The notes under the pieces: generated by a model | The model's input: the letters and a program-made list of their open reading frames with translations, nothing else | Databases searched by the model: none | Told to the model about the DNA's origin: nothing | Source of the DNA: Fidelibacterota bacterium | GTDB lineage: Bacteria > Fidelibacterota > Marinisomatia > Marinisomatales > JABMOV01 | Length of the DNA stretch: 17,739 nucleotides | Direction: 5' to 3' | Assembly (NCBI GenBank): GCA_046861395.1 | Contig: JBHHUC010000043.1 | Span: 1-17,739, forward strand | Shown here: positions 1 to 8,655 of the stretch, one piece after another | Layout of the letters: every line of letters begins with the position of its first letter | How positions within the stretch are numbered: position 1 is the first letter of the stretch | Position numbers and translations under genes: made by a program

Positions 1-48
1 GGAATTCTGGGCTATCTTGTCCTGCGGGCAGCATTGCGAAATACTTGA
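1..48 (+). CDS. 3' end of a membrane protein gene (partial), possibly an NhaA-like Na+/H+ antiporter C-terminus
   Basis: Frame 1 reads GILGYLVLRAALRNT-stop (TGA 46-48), a hydrophobic helix end followed by basic residues, reminiscent of NhaA C-termini. Only 15 residues are visible. Confidence 0.3.
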   Translation, partial: GILGYLVLRAALRNT

Positions 49-211
49 ATTATACCTGGTTCAAAAACACTATTCCGAAATAACCGCCCCGGTGTGGAAT
101 CAGACCACCAATGAAATTTAGATTCCGGCCGTATTTTACGCTTGAATCCATACTGCAGCCCGTCCCGGTTCCCTGCCAAAAGACAGGACCGGAACATAGG
201 AAGGAAAAATC

Positions 212-712
212 ATGAGCGATATTATTGTTCTGGCCGGAAGCACGGCTAAAAACATGACTTTGGCCGATACCATCGCGCAGGAATGCCGTCGCCACGACTT
301 GACGACGGAAGTCATCAATCTGGCTGAACTGAACCTGCCCCTTTTCACACCACTGGTAGATACAACAGCGGAAAAAGAAAACATTACGGCTCTAGCCAAA
401 ACCCTGCGCCAGGCACGGGGACTTGTTTTTGTCGCTCCCGAATACAACGGCGGAATTCCTCCCGTTGTCACCAATTTCATCACCTGGATGAGTATTAGCG
501 GTCAGGACTGGCGTGAATGTTTCAATGCCAAAACGGCCCTGTTGGCTACCCACAGCGGCGGAGGCGGTGTACGGTTCCTGGAAGCGCTGCGGACTCAGCT
601 GGCCTATATCGGTATGAATGTCATCGGACGGGTGCTTCTTACCAGCGGACAAAAACCTCTGAATCCCGTTTCCCTGCAAGCCGTGGTGGATCAACTCAGA
701 CGATTGATCTGA
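212..712 (+). CDS. NADPH-dependent FMN reductase family flavoprotein (flavodoxin-like)
   Basis: 166 aa; N-terminal IIVLAGS, LPLF, APEYNGGIPPVVTNFITWMS and SGGGG motifs; purine-rich RBS (AGGAAGG) before ATG 212. Confidence 0.88.
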   Translation: MSDIIVLAGSTAKNMTLADTIAQECRRHDLTTEVINLAELNLPLFTPLVDTTAEKENITALAKTLRQARGLVFVAPEYNGGIPPVVTNFITWMSISGQDWRECFNAKTALLATHSGGGGVRFLEALRTQLAYIGMNVIGRVLLTSGQKPLNPVSLQAVVDQLRRLI

Positions 713-777
713 GACCGTGTGTCTACTTATCATGCCGGTCCGTCCTATCACTCTATTTCTTCCTGGTTCTTCCGGCC

Positions 778-1584
778 ATGACTGAAATCATTCTGCTCGT
801 CCTTCTGGCACTGGCCATCCGTTACTGGTGGTTCTGGACCCCCGGGGATACGTCCCGGTTCTATCCTTCGAATCATCCTCTTTTCATCGCTCACCGTGGT
901 TTACCGGGGCTAAATCCGGAAAATACACTGATGGCCTGCCAGGCAGCGGTCACCGCTGGTTTCCGGGCCGTGGAAATCGATGTGGTTCACAGCCGGGACG
1001 GTACCATTTACTGTTCCCATAATTTTGATCTGGAACGGGAAACTGACGGACTAGGCTGGATCGATGACAGCAGCAATGCCGACATTGCAGAATTGAAAAC
1101 CGGCATTTACAGTCACCCTGATCGGCCCGTGCCGCTGGATACCCTGGAAGATGTCCTGGACCGAATGCCGGATGATATCATCATGAATATAGAAATAAAA
1201 TTCCATGGCGTCATTCACCTGCGACATGCGGTAACCGTTGCCCGACAGATAAAAGCCCGGCGTCGCAGCCGCACCGTGATCATATCCAGCTTCAATCCTT
1301 TCGTCCTGTGGGTCATAAAGGCCGTGGATTCATCCCTGGCCACGGCCCTCATTTTGGAATCCACACAATTTTACTGGACCATAAATCTGGTTCATCCGGA
1401 CCTGGTCCATCCGGAAGCGGAACTGGTCACGCCTGACCTGGTACGGCGCCTAACGGAGAAAAAACTCAGGATTAATGTCTGGACCGTGAATAATATTCCC
1501 GCCGTGCGATGGTTGCTGGACCGGGGTGTGTCCGGCATCATCACCGATAACCCCCGGGTTCTGGAGGCCTGGAATGAAACGTAG
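778..1584 (+). CDS. Glycerophosphodiester phosphodiesterase (GDPD family) with N-terminal membrane anchor
   Basis: IAHRG, PENT, VEIDV, NIEIK, ISSFN, VWTVN and GIITDNP motifs. Start moved from 517 (overlaps the previous gene) to ATG 778, giving the hydrophobic N-terminus MTEIILLVLLALAIRYWWFW. Confidence 0.9.
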   Translation: MTEIILLVLLALAIRYWWFWTPGDTSRFYPSNHPLFIAHRGLPGLNPENTLMACQAAVTAGFRAVEIDVVHSRDGTIYCSHNFDLERETDGLGWIDDSSNADIAELKTGIYSHPDRPVPLDTLEDVLDRMPDDIIMNIEIKFHGVIHLRHAVTVARQIKARRRSRTVIISSFNPFVLWVIKAVDSSLATALILESTQFYWTINLVHPDLVHPEAELVTPDLVRRLTEKKLRINVWTVNNIPAVRWLLDRGVSGIITDNPRVLEAWNET

Positions 1585-2581
1585 ACATTTTATCCGAACA
1601 TCGGCTCTCCTGGCCGCCTCCGGTTCCCTGACTCCCGGAGTTCCTGCAACAGCGCGTATCAAGCCGGAACGGCTGGTACCCGGCGATTCGGTGGGTTTTC
1701 TGTCCCCCGGCGGTGCCATCAGGGGGCCGTCCTCCCTGAACGAAGTTCGCACGGTTCTCACCAATCTGGGGTTAACCATGAAGGAGGCGCCTCATGTGTA
1801 CGGGAAATACGGTTATTTTTCCGGTACAGACGAGGAGCGACTCAGCGATCTGCATGATATGTTTGCCGATCCGGCGGTGAAGGCCATCATTGCTACGCGA
1901 GGAGGATCCGGCTGCAACCGCCTTTTGCCGCGGCTGGACTATGACTTAATCCGCACCCATCCCAAGATTCTCATGGGTTACAGTGATATTACCGCCCTGC
2001 TGAATGCCATCACGGCCCGCTCGGGACTCATCACCTTTCACGGTCCGGTGGGAACGTCCACCTGGAATGATTTCACGCTGGGCTGGTTTCGAAATATTCT
2101 GATGGAAGGCCAGGCCGCCGTCATGGAAAATCCGGCCCAATCCGTGGATCCCCGGACTCATATTACCCTTCGTTCCGGCACGGCCACGGGACGGCTTTTC
2201 GGCGGAAATTTATCCGTTTTATCCACCATGATCGGTTCCCCCTATCTCCCCGACTGGTCCGATACCATCCTGTTTCTGGAGGACATTGAAGAGGATATTT
2301 ACCGTATTGACCGGATACTCATGCATCTGAAACTGGCGGGAATTTTGGATTCCGTGGCCGGTCTTATTTTTGCCCAGTGTACTGATTGTGACGAAGATGA
2401 TCCCGGCTTTTCTCTGCTGGACGTGCTGGAACATTATTGTTCATCGCTCAACATTCCGGTCTGGTATGGTTCCATGATCGGTCATATTCATGATAAATTC
2501 ACCCTGCCGGTGGGTCTGCCTGTTACCATTGATGCCGACCGCGGTCGCATATCTCTGCTGGAACCGGCCGTTACCGACTAA
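1574..2581 (+). CDS. LD-carboxypeptidase, peptidase S66 family, with twin-arginine (Tat) signal peptide
   Basis: Triad motifs GYSDIT (Ser), LFLEDIEE (Glu) and IGHI (His); also TRGGSG, FHGP and GGNLS. ATG 1574 follows GGAGG (1563-1567) and overlaps the GDPD end. N-terminus is [17 protein letters not shown]. Confidence 0.92.
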   Translation: MKRRHFIRTSALLAASGSLTPGVPATARIKPERLVPGDSVGFLSPGGAIRGPSSLNEVRTVLTNLGLTMKEAPHVYGKYGYFSGTDEERLSDLHDMFADPAVKAIIATRGGSGCNRLLPRLDYDLIRTHPKILMGYSDITALLNAITARSGLITFHGPVGTSTWNDFTLGWFRNILMEGQAAVMENPAQSVDPRTHITLRSGTATGRLFGGNLSVLSTMIGSPYLPDWSDTILFLEDIEEDIYRIDRILMHLKLAGILDSVAGLIFAQCTDCDEDDPGFSLLDVLEHYCSSLNIPVWYGSMIGHIHDKFTLPVGLPVTIDADRGRISLLEPAVTD

Positions 2582-2615
2582 TGCTTTTTTCATTACAACT
2601 TTGAGGAATATATTC

Positions 2616-3071
2616 ATGGATCCGAAAAAAATTACTCTGTGGGGTGTCGTTCTTTTCGTGCTTATTCAACTGATTCCCTACGGACGGGATCATGCCAATC
2701 CTCCGATGGAAGGAGAACCGGCCTGGGACAGTCCTCGTACCGCCGAACTTTTCTATCGGACCTGCGGGGATTGCCACAGCCACAAGACTGTCTGGCCCTG
2801 GTATAGCAGTGTGGCGCCTGTTTCATGGCTGGTCCAGCGTGACGTCAATGAAGGCCGGGAACATTTCAATGTGTCCCGCTGGGGTGTTCAGGAAAAAAAC
2901 GAAGGTAATGAAGCAGCCGAAGAATTACGGGAAGGCGAAATGCCGCTCTGGATTTATCTGCCCCTTCATCCCACTGCCAGGTTGACGGACGGCGAACAGG
3001 GGGAACTAATCACCGGGCTGATCGCCACCTTCGGAGAGGCCGAACATGAGGATGAAGAAGCGGACCACTAA
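2616..3071 (+). CDS. Mono-haem cytochrome c-type haem-binding domain protein (Haem_bd-like)
   Basis: N-terminal hydrophobic segment, single CGDCH haem attachment motif, WPWYS..APVSWL segment, EMP motif (candidate axial Met) and acidic tail; GAGG RBS at 2603-2606. Confidence 0.85.
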   Translation: MDPKKITLWGVVLFVLIQLIPYGRDHANPPMEGEPAWDSPRTAELFYRTCGDCHSHKTVWPWYSSVAPVSWLVQRDVNEGREHFNVSRWGVQEKNEGNEAAEELREGEMPLWIYLPLHPTARLTDGEQGELITGLIATFGEAEHEDEEADH

Positions 3072-3116
3072 TCCGGGCGATACTTCAGACTGTTTCTCGA
3101 CGCAGGGTAAATGAGG

Positions 3117-3140
3117 AAAAGGGGCCAGACCGGAGGCCCC
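3117..3140 (-). terminator. Intrinsic terminator ending the pur/atl transcript
   Basis: Minus strand GGGGCC-tccggtct-GGCCCC followed by TTTT, ~45 nt downstream of the atl stop, between convergent genes. Confidence 0.65.
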
Positions 3141-3186
3141 GCAATAATCGTGAACCTGTTCCGGGATTTTCCCAGTTGAACGTATT

Positions 3187-3516
3187 TCATTTTTCTTTTT
3201 CCATATTGATGTCTATCACAGGAAACCAGCCGAATCGTTTCAGATCCGTTTTCCCGGCGGCATCGAATATGACACCCTCGCTTTCCAGCAACATCCGTTG
3301 GTCAAGACTGGGACTTCCTCCGGAACGTACACTGATTTTCCCCTGACTGTTGATAACACGATGCCAGGGAATGGTAACATCCCGTACCGCAGCCATGGCA
3401 TAACCAACCTGCCGCGGACCCGTATGTACCAGGTTGGCAATGTGGCCGTAGGTCGTTACCCGTCCGTAGGGAATCTGACGGACGACGGAATAAATTCTCT
3501 GATAAAGCGGTGTCAA
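3187..3516 (-). CDS. Alkyltransferase-like (ATL, YbaZ/Atl1-type) MGMT-family DNA base-flipping protein
   Basis: 109 aa; IPYGRVTTYGHIA, PRQVG and LLESEGV motifs; PWHRV with Trp in place of the methyl-acceptor Cys of PCHRV; TTG start overlaps the purH TGA. Confidence 0.9.
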   Translation of the reverse strand: MTPLYQRIYSVVRQIPYGRVTTYGHIANLVHTGPRQVGYAMAAVRDVTIPWHRVINSQGKISVRSGGSPSLDQRMLLESEGVIFDAAGKTDLKRFGWFPVIDINMEKEK

Positions 3517-5069
3517 TGTTTAAAACACCTGGTTCCTGTAAATACCATGGCAATTCCGTGTTCGTTGCAGGCGGCAATGACTTCCTGATCCCGGATTGAT
3601 CCGCCGGGTTGAATGACGGCGGTTATGCCGGCTGCAGCCAGGGAATCGATGCTGTCACGGAAAGGAAAAAAGGCGTCGGAGGCCAGAATGGCACCCCGAG
3701 CCGCGTCGCCGGCCTTCCGCACGGCGATTTCCACGGCATCCACCCGGCTCACCTGTCCCGGGCCGATTCCCACGGTCTGATGATCACGGGCAATCAGAAT
3801 GGCATTGGATTTTACATGCTTCAGCACTTTCCAGGCGAATAACATGGACTCTATTTGTTGCGAGTGAGGTTCCTTATCGGTAACTGTCCGCAAATCATTG
3901 GCAGAGATGGGCCGAATGTCTGTATCCTGCACCAGGAGTCCGCCGGCAATATTTCTGACTTCCAAAGCGGTTGTTCGGGGCATAAGTGGACCTGTTTCCA
4001 GAACTCTCAGTTTCTTCTTTTTCCTCAGGATCTCCAGGGCCGCCGGTTCAAAGTCAGGCGCCATGACCATTTCCACAAAAACACCGATGATGGCCTCCGC
4101 CACTGGCGCTGTACAGGTTCGGTTCAGGGCAATGATGCCGCCAAAGGCTGACAAGGAATCTGCTTCAAACGCGCGGCGATAAATATCAGCCATTGCATCC
4201 TCGGGACCGGTGGCCACACCACAAGGATTGGCATGTTTGACCACAACACAGGCCGGTTCGGTAAATTCCCGCAAACAGGCCAGGGCTCCGTCGGCATCCA
4301 TGATATTATTGTAGGACAGTTTTTTCCCCTGGTGGATTACCGCATCCAGGATGGTAAATCCGGAATATCCGGAAGTCCGGTAGGCTGCTGCCTGCTGGTG
4401 AGGGTTTTCTCCGTAGCGTAGTTGATCGACTTTTTCCAGCGGCAGGATGAGATCGGCCGCGAGGTGATCCTGCTTCAAGTAGCCATGAATGATGGCATCG
4501 TAACGGGCCGTGTGTCCAAAGGCTTTGGCCGCCAGCGCTTGCCGGGCAGCGAATGACAGGCCGGACGAAATGTCCTGAAGCACTCTGTCATAGTCGGCCG
4601 GATCAACCACAACGGTTGTCCAGCCAACATTTTTCGCAGCGGCGCGAATCATGGTAGGGCCACCGATGTCAATATTTTCCAGGGCCAGCGCAGTGGTTAC
4701 GTCGGGTTGCTGAATAGTATCGGCAAAGGGATATAAATTGCAAACGACCAGATCAATCCAAGGAATATGGTTTTTCTCTGCTTCATCGTTGTGGCGATCC
4801 CGCAATCCCAGGATGCCGCCTTCGATAACGGGATGGAGCGTTTTGACCCGGCCGTCCATGATTTCAGGGAATCCGGTGTATTCCGACACATCGGTCACGG
4901 GAATACCTGCTTCCCGCAACACCTTTGCCGTACCGCCGGTGGATAGGATTTCAATACCGTGTTCCCGCAGTCCACGGGCCAGGGGAATTAATCCCTGCTT
5001 ATCATAAACTGAAATGAGAGCCCGCCGGATGATCAGCGGTGCGGTATTCAGTGGGGGTGTTGTTAACAT
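3513..5069 (-). CDS. purH: Bifunctional AICAR transformylase/IMP cyclohydrolase
   Basis: RRALISVYDK, STGGT, GRVKTLHP, ENIDIGGPTMIRAAAKN, LRYGENPHQ, KHANPCG, SDAFFPF and QPGGSIRD motifs; 518 aa. Confidence 0.98.
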   Translation of the reverse strand: MLTTPPLNTAPLIIRRALISVYDKQGLIPLARGLREHGIEILSTGGTAKVLREAGIPVTDVSEYTGFPEIMDGRVKTLHPVIEGGILGLRDRHNDEAEKNHIPWIDLVVCNLYPFADTIQQPDVTTALALENIDIGGPTMIRAAAKNVGWTTVVVDPADYDRVLQDISSGLSFAARQALAAKAFGHTARYDAIIHGYLKQDHLAADLILPLEKVDQLRYGENPHQQAAAYRTSGYSGFTILDAVIHQGKKLSYNNIMDADGALACLREFTEPACVVVKHANPCGVATGPEDAMADIYRRAFEADSLSAFGGIIALNRTCTAPVAEAIIGVFVEMVMAPDFEPAALEILRKKKKLRVLETGPLMPRTTALEVRNIAGGLLVQDTDIRPISANDLRTVTDKEPHSQQIESMLFAWKVLKHVKSNAILIARDHQTVGIGPGQVSRVDAVEIAVRKAGDAARGAILASDAFFPFRDSIDSLAAAGITAVIQPGGSIRDQEVIAACNEHGIAMVFTGTRCFKH

Positions 5070-5111
5070 AGAAACCTATCGGTTATCAGGTTAAAATGAG
5101 ATGAACATAAT

Positions 5112-5723
5112 TCATGTAACGTCCTCCTGCCAGGACGATGGCGAGGAATCGTCCCGGGTGGCGGCCCGGCGAATGATTTCGATAAATGCTTCCCTCTCCA
5201 GGGCCTGAACCCGGGCTTTCAACGTATCCGGGGTATCAGTGGGAAAAACCGGGCAGCGTTTCTGTAATAAAATGGGACCGGCATCCACTTCTTCCGTTAC
5301 CAGATGAATGGTGCAGCCGGTTTCCTTTTCGTGGTTTTTCAGAACTTCTTCATGCACGTTGGTATCCATGCCGCCGGCGTACTTGGGCAAGAGTGAGGGG
5401 TGGACATTCACGATTCGCCCTTCCCATTGATGTACAAACCAGGGAGACAGAATACGCATAAATCCGATCAGGAGAATCAGGTCCGGAGCGTAGGGCTCCA
5501 GACGGGCGTGCAAGTCCCGGTCAAATTCTCCCCGCGATTTATCCTTCGCAGAAACGAAAATTGCCGGAATGTGGGCTTGCCGGGCTCGCTCCAGAATGAA
5601 GGCCGACTTCCGGTTGGAAGCCACCACCGACACGACGGCATCCAGTCGCCCTGCCGCAACAGCCTCCAGAATGGCCTGGAGATCGGTGCCGCGGGTGGAG
5701 CCGAGGACGGCCAACTTCAACAT
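5112..5723 (-). CDS. purN: Phosphoribosylglycinamide (GAR) formyltransferase
   Basis: GSTRGT phosphate loop, GFMRIL, NVHPSLLP and TGCTIHLVTEEVDAGPI motifs; 203 aa. Confidence 0.97.
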   Translation of the reverse strand: MLKLAVLGSTRGTDLQAILEAVAAGRLDAVVSVVASNRKSAFILERARQAHIPAIFVSAKDKSRGEFDRDLHARLEPYAPDLILLIGFMRILSPWFVHQWEGRIVNVHPSLLPKYAGGMDTNVHEEVLKNHEKETGCTIHLVTEEVDAGPILLQKRCPVFPTDTPDTLKARVQALEREAFIEIIRRAATRDDSSPSSWQEDVT

Positions 5724-5735
5724 GTGATATTTTGT

Positions 5736-5764
5736 ATCATATTTTTACGCGGTTTTACTGTCAA
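5736..5764 (-). promoter_or_regulatory. Sigma70-type internal promoter upstream of purN
   Basis: Minus strand TTGACA (5764-5759), 17-nt spacer, TATGAT (5741-5736), then 12 nt to the purN ATG; lies in an AT-rich 119-bp gap. Confidence 0.75.
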
Positions 5765-5842
5765 ATTGTTTCCTCAGACTTCACGGGATTGAATTCAAGA
5801 ATAGTTCTTACAATATTATTCCAATCAGGCCAATGAAAACCA

Positions 5843-7153
5843 CTATCCCCGCAGTTGATTCATGTGTTCCACCCGTTTTTGTATCAACGCGGTCGTTCCA
5901 ATATCTTTCCGGTGAAACAGTGGGCCTTTGATTGATTGTATTTCTTTTTCGGCAATTTCTTCCGCCTCCGACAATGAATCGGCCTGTCCCACAACGGCGA
6001 CGGTACGTGAACCAGCTTCCACCAATCGGTCGTCCACGACATCCACCGATGCGTAGTAAATAATATCTTCACGACTGACACCGGAGAGATCAATGGGCTG
6101 TCCCTTGACCGCGTGATCGGGATATCCTTCCGGGACAAGATATTTACAGACCGTGGCCTGAGGTGCAAACGATACGGTCAGCCGGTCCAGGGTCCCGGCA
6201 ATTATATGTTCACCAATGGACACCAGGTCGGTTTCCAACAGGGACAAAACATTCAATGCTTCCGGGTCGCCAAAGCGGGCATTGTATTCCACCAGTTTTA
6301 CACCATCAGCCGTGGCCATGAAACCGCCGTAAAGAATGCCTTTGTATTCTGAACCGCATTCCTGTTTCAAGGCCTGAATCGTTGCTTCGTTTATGGCCCG
6401 GGCTGCAGTAATATCCTCGGTATTTAAAAAAGGCAACGTTCCCTGAACGTCGGAATAGGAACCCATGCCGCCGGTATTGGGACCGACATCATTTTCATAG
6501 GCCCGTTTATGATCCTGAACGGGAATCATGTGGGCCAGATGGGTCCCGTCGCAGAAACTCATAAGGGAGAATTCTTCGCCGATCATTTTTTCTTCTATGA
6601 CAAAGGAACCGCCGGCCACAACCAGTTCTCCGGCATACTCCAGTGCCTCAGCGTGGGAATGTAAATGATCTCCCGCCACCTTCACGCCTTTCCCGCCCCT
6701 GAGACCGTCATATTTCACAACATAGTTCTCGCCGAGCTCTGATAAAAATTCTGACACCCCGGTCAATGAAGAAAACTTTTTATACCGGGGATTACCGGAA
6801 ATGGCATAACGATCCAGCAGATTGCGTGTGAACGCTTTGCTGGACTCGATCCGGGCCAGGTTTTTTGTGGGGCCGATACAGGGTATGCCAGCAGCCCATA
6901 GTGCATCCGCTACACCGGCTGCCAGCGGTGCTTCGGGACCGATAAAGACCCAATCGATGTCTTTCTCCCGACCAAAGGTGACGACCGCTTCCGGCTGTGT
7001 AATATTCCCCACCACATAGTCGGTTGCCATGGCCGCCGCACCGGGGTTCATGGTTGTGCCGAAAATAAAAATATCCGGCTTACGGCCTGATCCCGACAGG
7101 GCCCGGGCTATGGCATGTTCCCGGGCGCCCGATCCAATGATACCAATTCGCAT
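5843..7153 (-). CDS. purD: Phosphoribosylamine-glycine ligase (GAR synthetase)
   Basis: IGSGAREHAIA, IGPEAPLAAG, GGKGV, QDHKR...GPNTGGMG and EYNARFGDPE motifs; 436 aa. Confidence 0.97.
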   Translation of the reverse strand: MRIGIIGSGAREHAIARALSGSGRKPDIFIFGTTMNPGAAAMATDYVVGNITQPEAVVTFGREKDIDWVFIGPEAPLAAGVADALWAAGIPCIGPTKNLARIESSKAFTRNLLDRYAISGNPRYKKFSSLTGVSEFLSELGENYVVKYDGLRGGKGVKVAGDHLHSHAEALEYAGELVVAGGSFVIEEKMIGEEFSLMSFCDGTHLAHMIPVQDHKRAYENDVGPNTGGMGSYSDVQGTLPFLNTEDITAARAINEATIQALKQECGSEYKGILYGGFMATADGVKLVEYNARFGDPEALNVLSLLETDLVSIGEHIIAGTLDRLTVSFAPQATVCKYLVPEGYPDHAVKGQPIDLSGVSREDIIYYASVDVVDDRLVEAGSRTVAVVGQADSLSEAEEIAEKEIQSIKGPLFHRKDIGTTALIQKRVEHMNQLRG

Positions 7154-7161
7154 ATTAAGTC

Positions 7162-8652
7162 CTAAAACAAGGGTAGTGTATTTCCGTTGCGATGGGAGTC
7201 TCGCAACAATTCCATTTCCTGTATTTTATCATCATCCACATCACCGGTAATATATTCCCCGTTCAGACAGGCGACACAGGGATGGTCTATCCGGTGATCC
7301 CCCTTCCGGGTAACCGCTTCCACCAGATCGTCAATGGTCTGATACAACAGAACATCCGCACCGATGAAAGATTCGATTTCGGCAACGGACATCTGACTGG
7401 CGATCAGCTCTGAGCGGGTAGGCATGTCCACACCGTAGAAGCAGGGATGGGCGACAGGCGGACAGGCCACCACGAAATACACTTCGAGGGCACCGAAATC
7501 CCGGATCATTTTCACGATTTCCCGGCTGGTATTACCCCGCACGATACTGTCATCTACAATCATGACTCGTTTATTCCGGATCTCTATTTCCTGGGGAACC
7601 AGTTTATACTTCACCGACCGTTTTCTCTCTTTTTGACCGGGCATGATGAATGTACGTCCGATGAATGGATTCTTATACAACCCTTCGGAGTAGCGCACCC
7701 CCAGCGTATGCGCCAGAGACAGGGCGGCGGTATTGGCTGTGGAGGGCGCCGGAATCACAATATCCGGCTTTTTATCGGGATAGGTATTCCGCCAGGCCTG
7801 CGCCAGATTCTGTCCCATACGTAACCGGGCCCGGTACACGCTGACATCATTCATCATGGTATCGGGTCGGGCAAAATACACATATTCAAAGATACAGGGG
7901 GCAAATTCCCGAGTAGAAAGCTGGCGGCGGTGAAGCTGAAAGGATTCATCAATATAAATTACTTCACCAGGGAGAACATTGCCGGCAGGTTCATAGCCCA
8001 GGGCGTAAAACATGGTGGTTTCACTGGCAAAAATATAGTCCACCGTGCCGTCCCCATTCTGCCGTTGTCCGCAGGCCAGGGGACGAATGCCTGATGGATC
8101 CCGGAAAACAACCAGACCTTTCCCCACAATGGATGCCACAACGGAATACGACCCGCTTACCCGTTCCTTGACCCGCCCCACGGCCTGGCAGATCTGATCG
8201 AAAAAATGATCATCATCCAGGGATTTCCGGGCCGAATTCAGACTGTCGGCAAAAATATGGAGCAGAACTTCCGTATCGCTGTGGGTATTGAGATAGCGTT
8301 TATCTTCCTGGAATATTTCCCGGGCCAGATGGCGGTAATTCACTAGATTGCCGTTATGCGCCAGGGCAATGCCGTAAGGAACGTCGGTCCAGAAGGGTTG
8401 TACTTCTCCATCGCCAAAACCACCATGGGTCGGATAACGCGTGTGTCCCAGCCCCGTATTGCCCTGGAGTCGGGCCATATTGTTTTCATCGAAAATATCC
8501 CGGACCAGACCCAGGCCTTTCTTTACATGATTGCGATGACTATAGGTCATGATGCCGGCAGCATCCTGTCCCCGGTGTTGTAGGTGGATCAGGCTGTCAT
8601 AGATTTCTCCGGCAACGGGTGAATGGGATTTAATACCGACAATACCGCACAT
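7162..8652 (-). CDS. purF: Amidophosphoribosyltransferase
   Basis: MCGIVG N-terminal nucleophile, LQHRGQD, GHTRY, AHNGNL, CIFEYVYFARPD, and PRPP-binding VDDSIVRGNT; 496 aa. Confidence 0.98.
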   Translation of the reverse strand: MCGIVGIKSHSPVAGEIYDSLIHLQHRGQDAAGIMTYSHRNHVKKGLGLVRDIFDENNMARLQGNTGLGHTRYPTHGGFGDGEVQPFWTDVPYGIALAHNGNLVNYRHLAREIFQEDKRYLNTHSDTEVLLHIFADSLNSARKSLDDDHFFDQICQAVGRVKERVSGSYSVVASIVGKGLVVFRDPSGIRPLACGQRQNGDGTVDYIFASETTMFYALGYEPAGNVLPGEVIYIDESFQLHRRQLSTREFAPCIFEYVYFARPDTMMNDVSVYRARLRMGQNLAQAWRNTYPDKKPDIVIPAPSTANTAALSLAHTLGVRYSEGLYKNPFIGRTFIMPGQKERKRSVKYKLVPQEIEIRNKRVMIVDDSIVRGNTSREIVKMIRDFGALEVYFVVACPPVAHPCFYGVDMPTRSELIASQMSVAEIESFIGADVLLYQTIDDLVEAVTRKGDHRIDHPCVACLNGEYITGDVDDDKIQEMELLRDSHRNGNTLPLF

Positions 8653-8655
8653 GGT

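Noticed and set aside
166..192. Bulged hairpin CCGGT-tc-CCTG/CAGG-ACCGG upstream of the FMN reductase RBS
   Set aside because: It is short and has no U-tract, and no FMN riboswitch consensus is present; not distinguishable from chance.
517..777. N-terminal extension of the GDPD ORF
   Set aside because: It overlaps the FMN reductase in another frame and does not look protein-like; ATG 778 gives a normal anchor plus domain.
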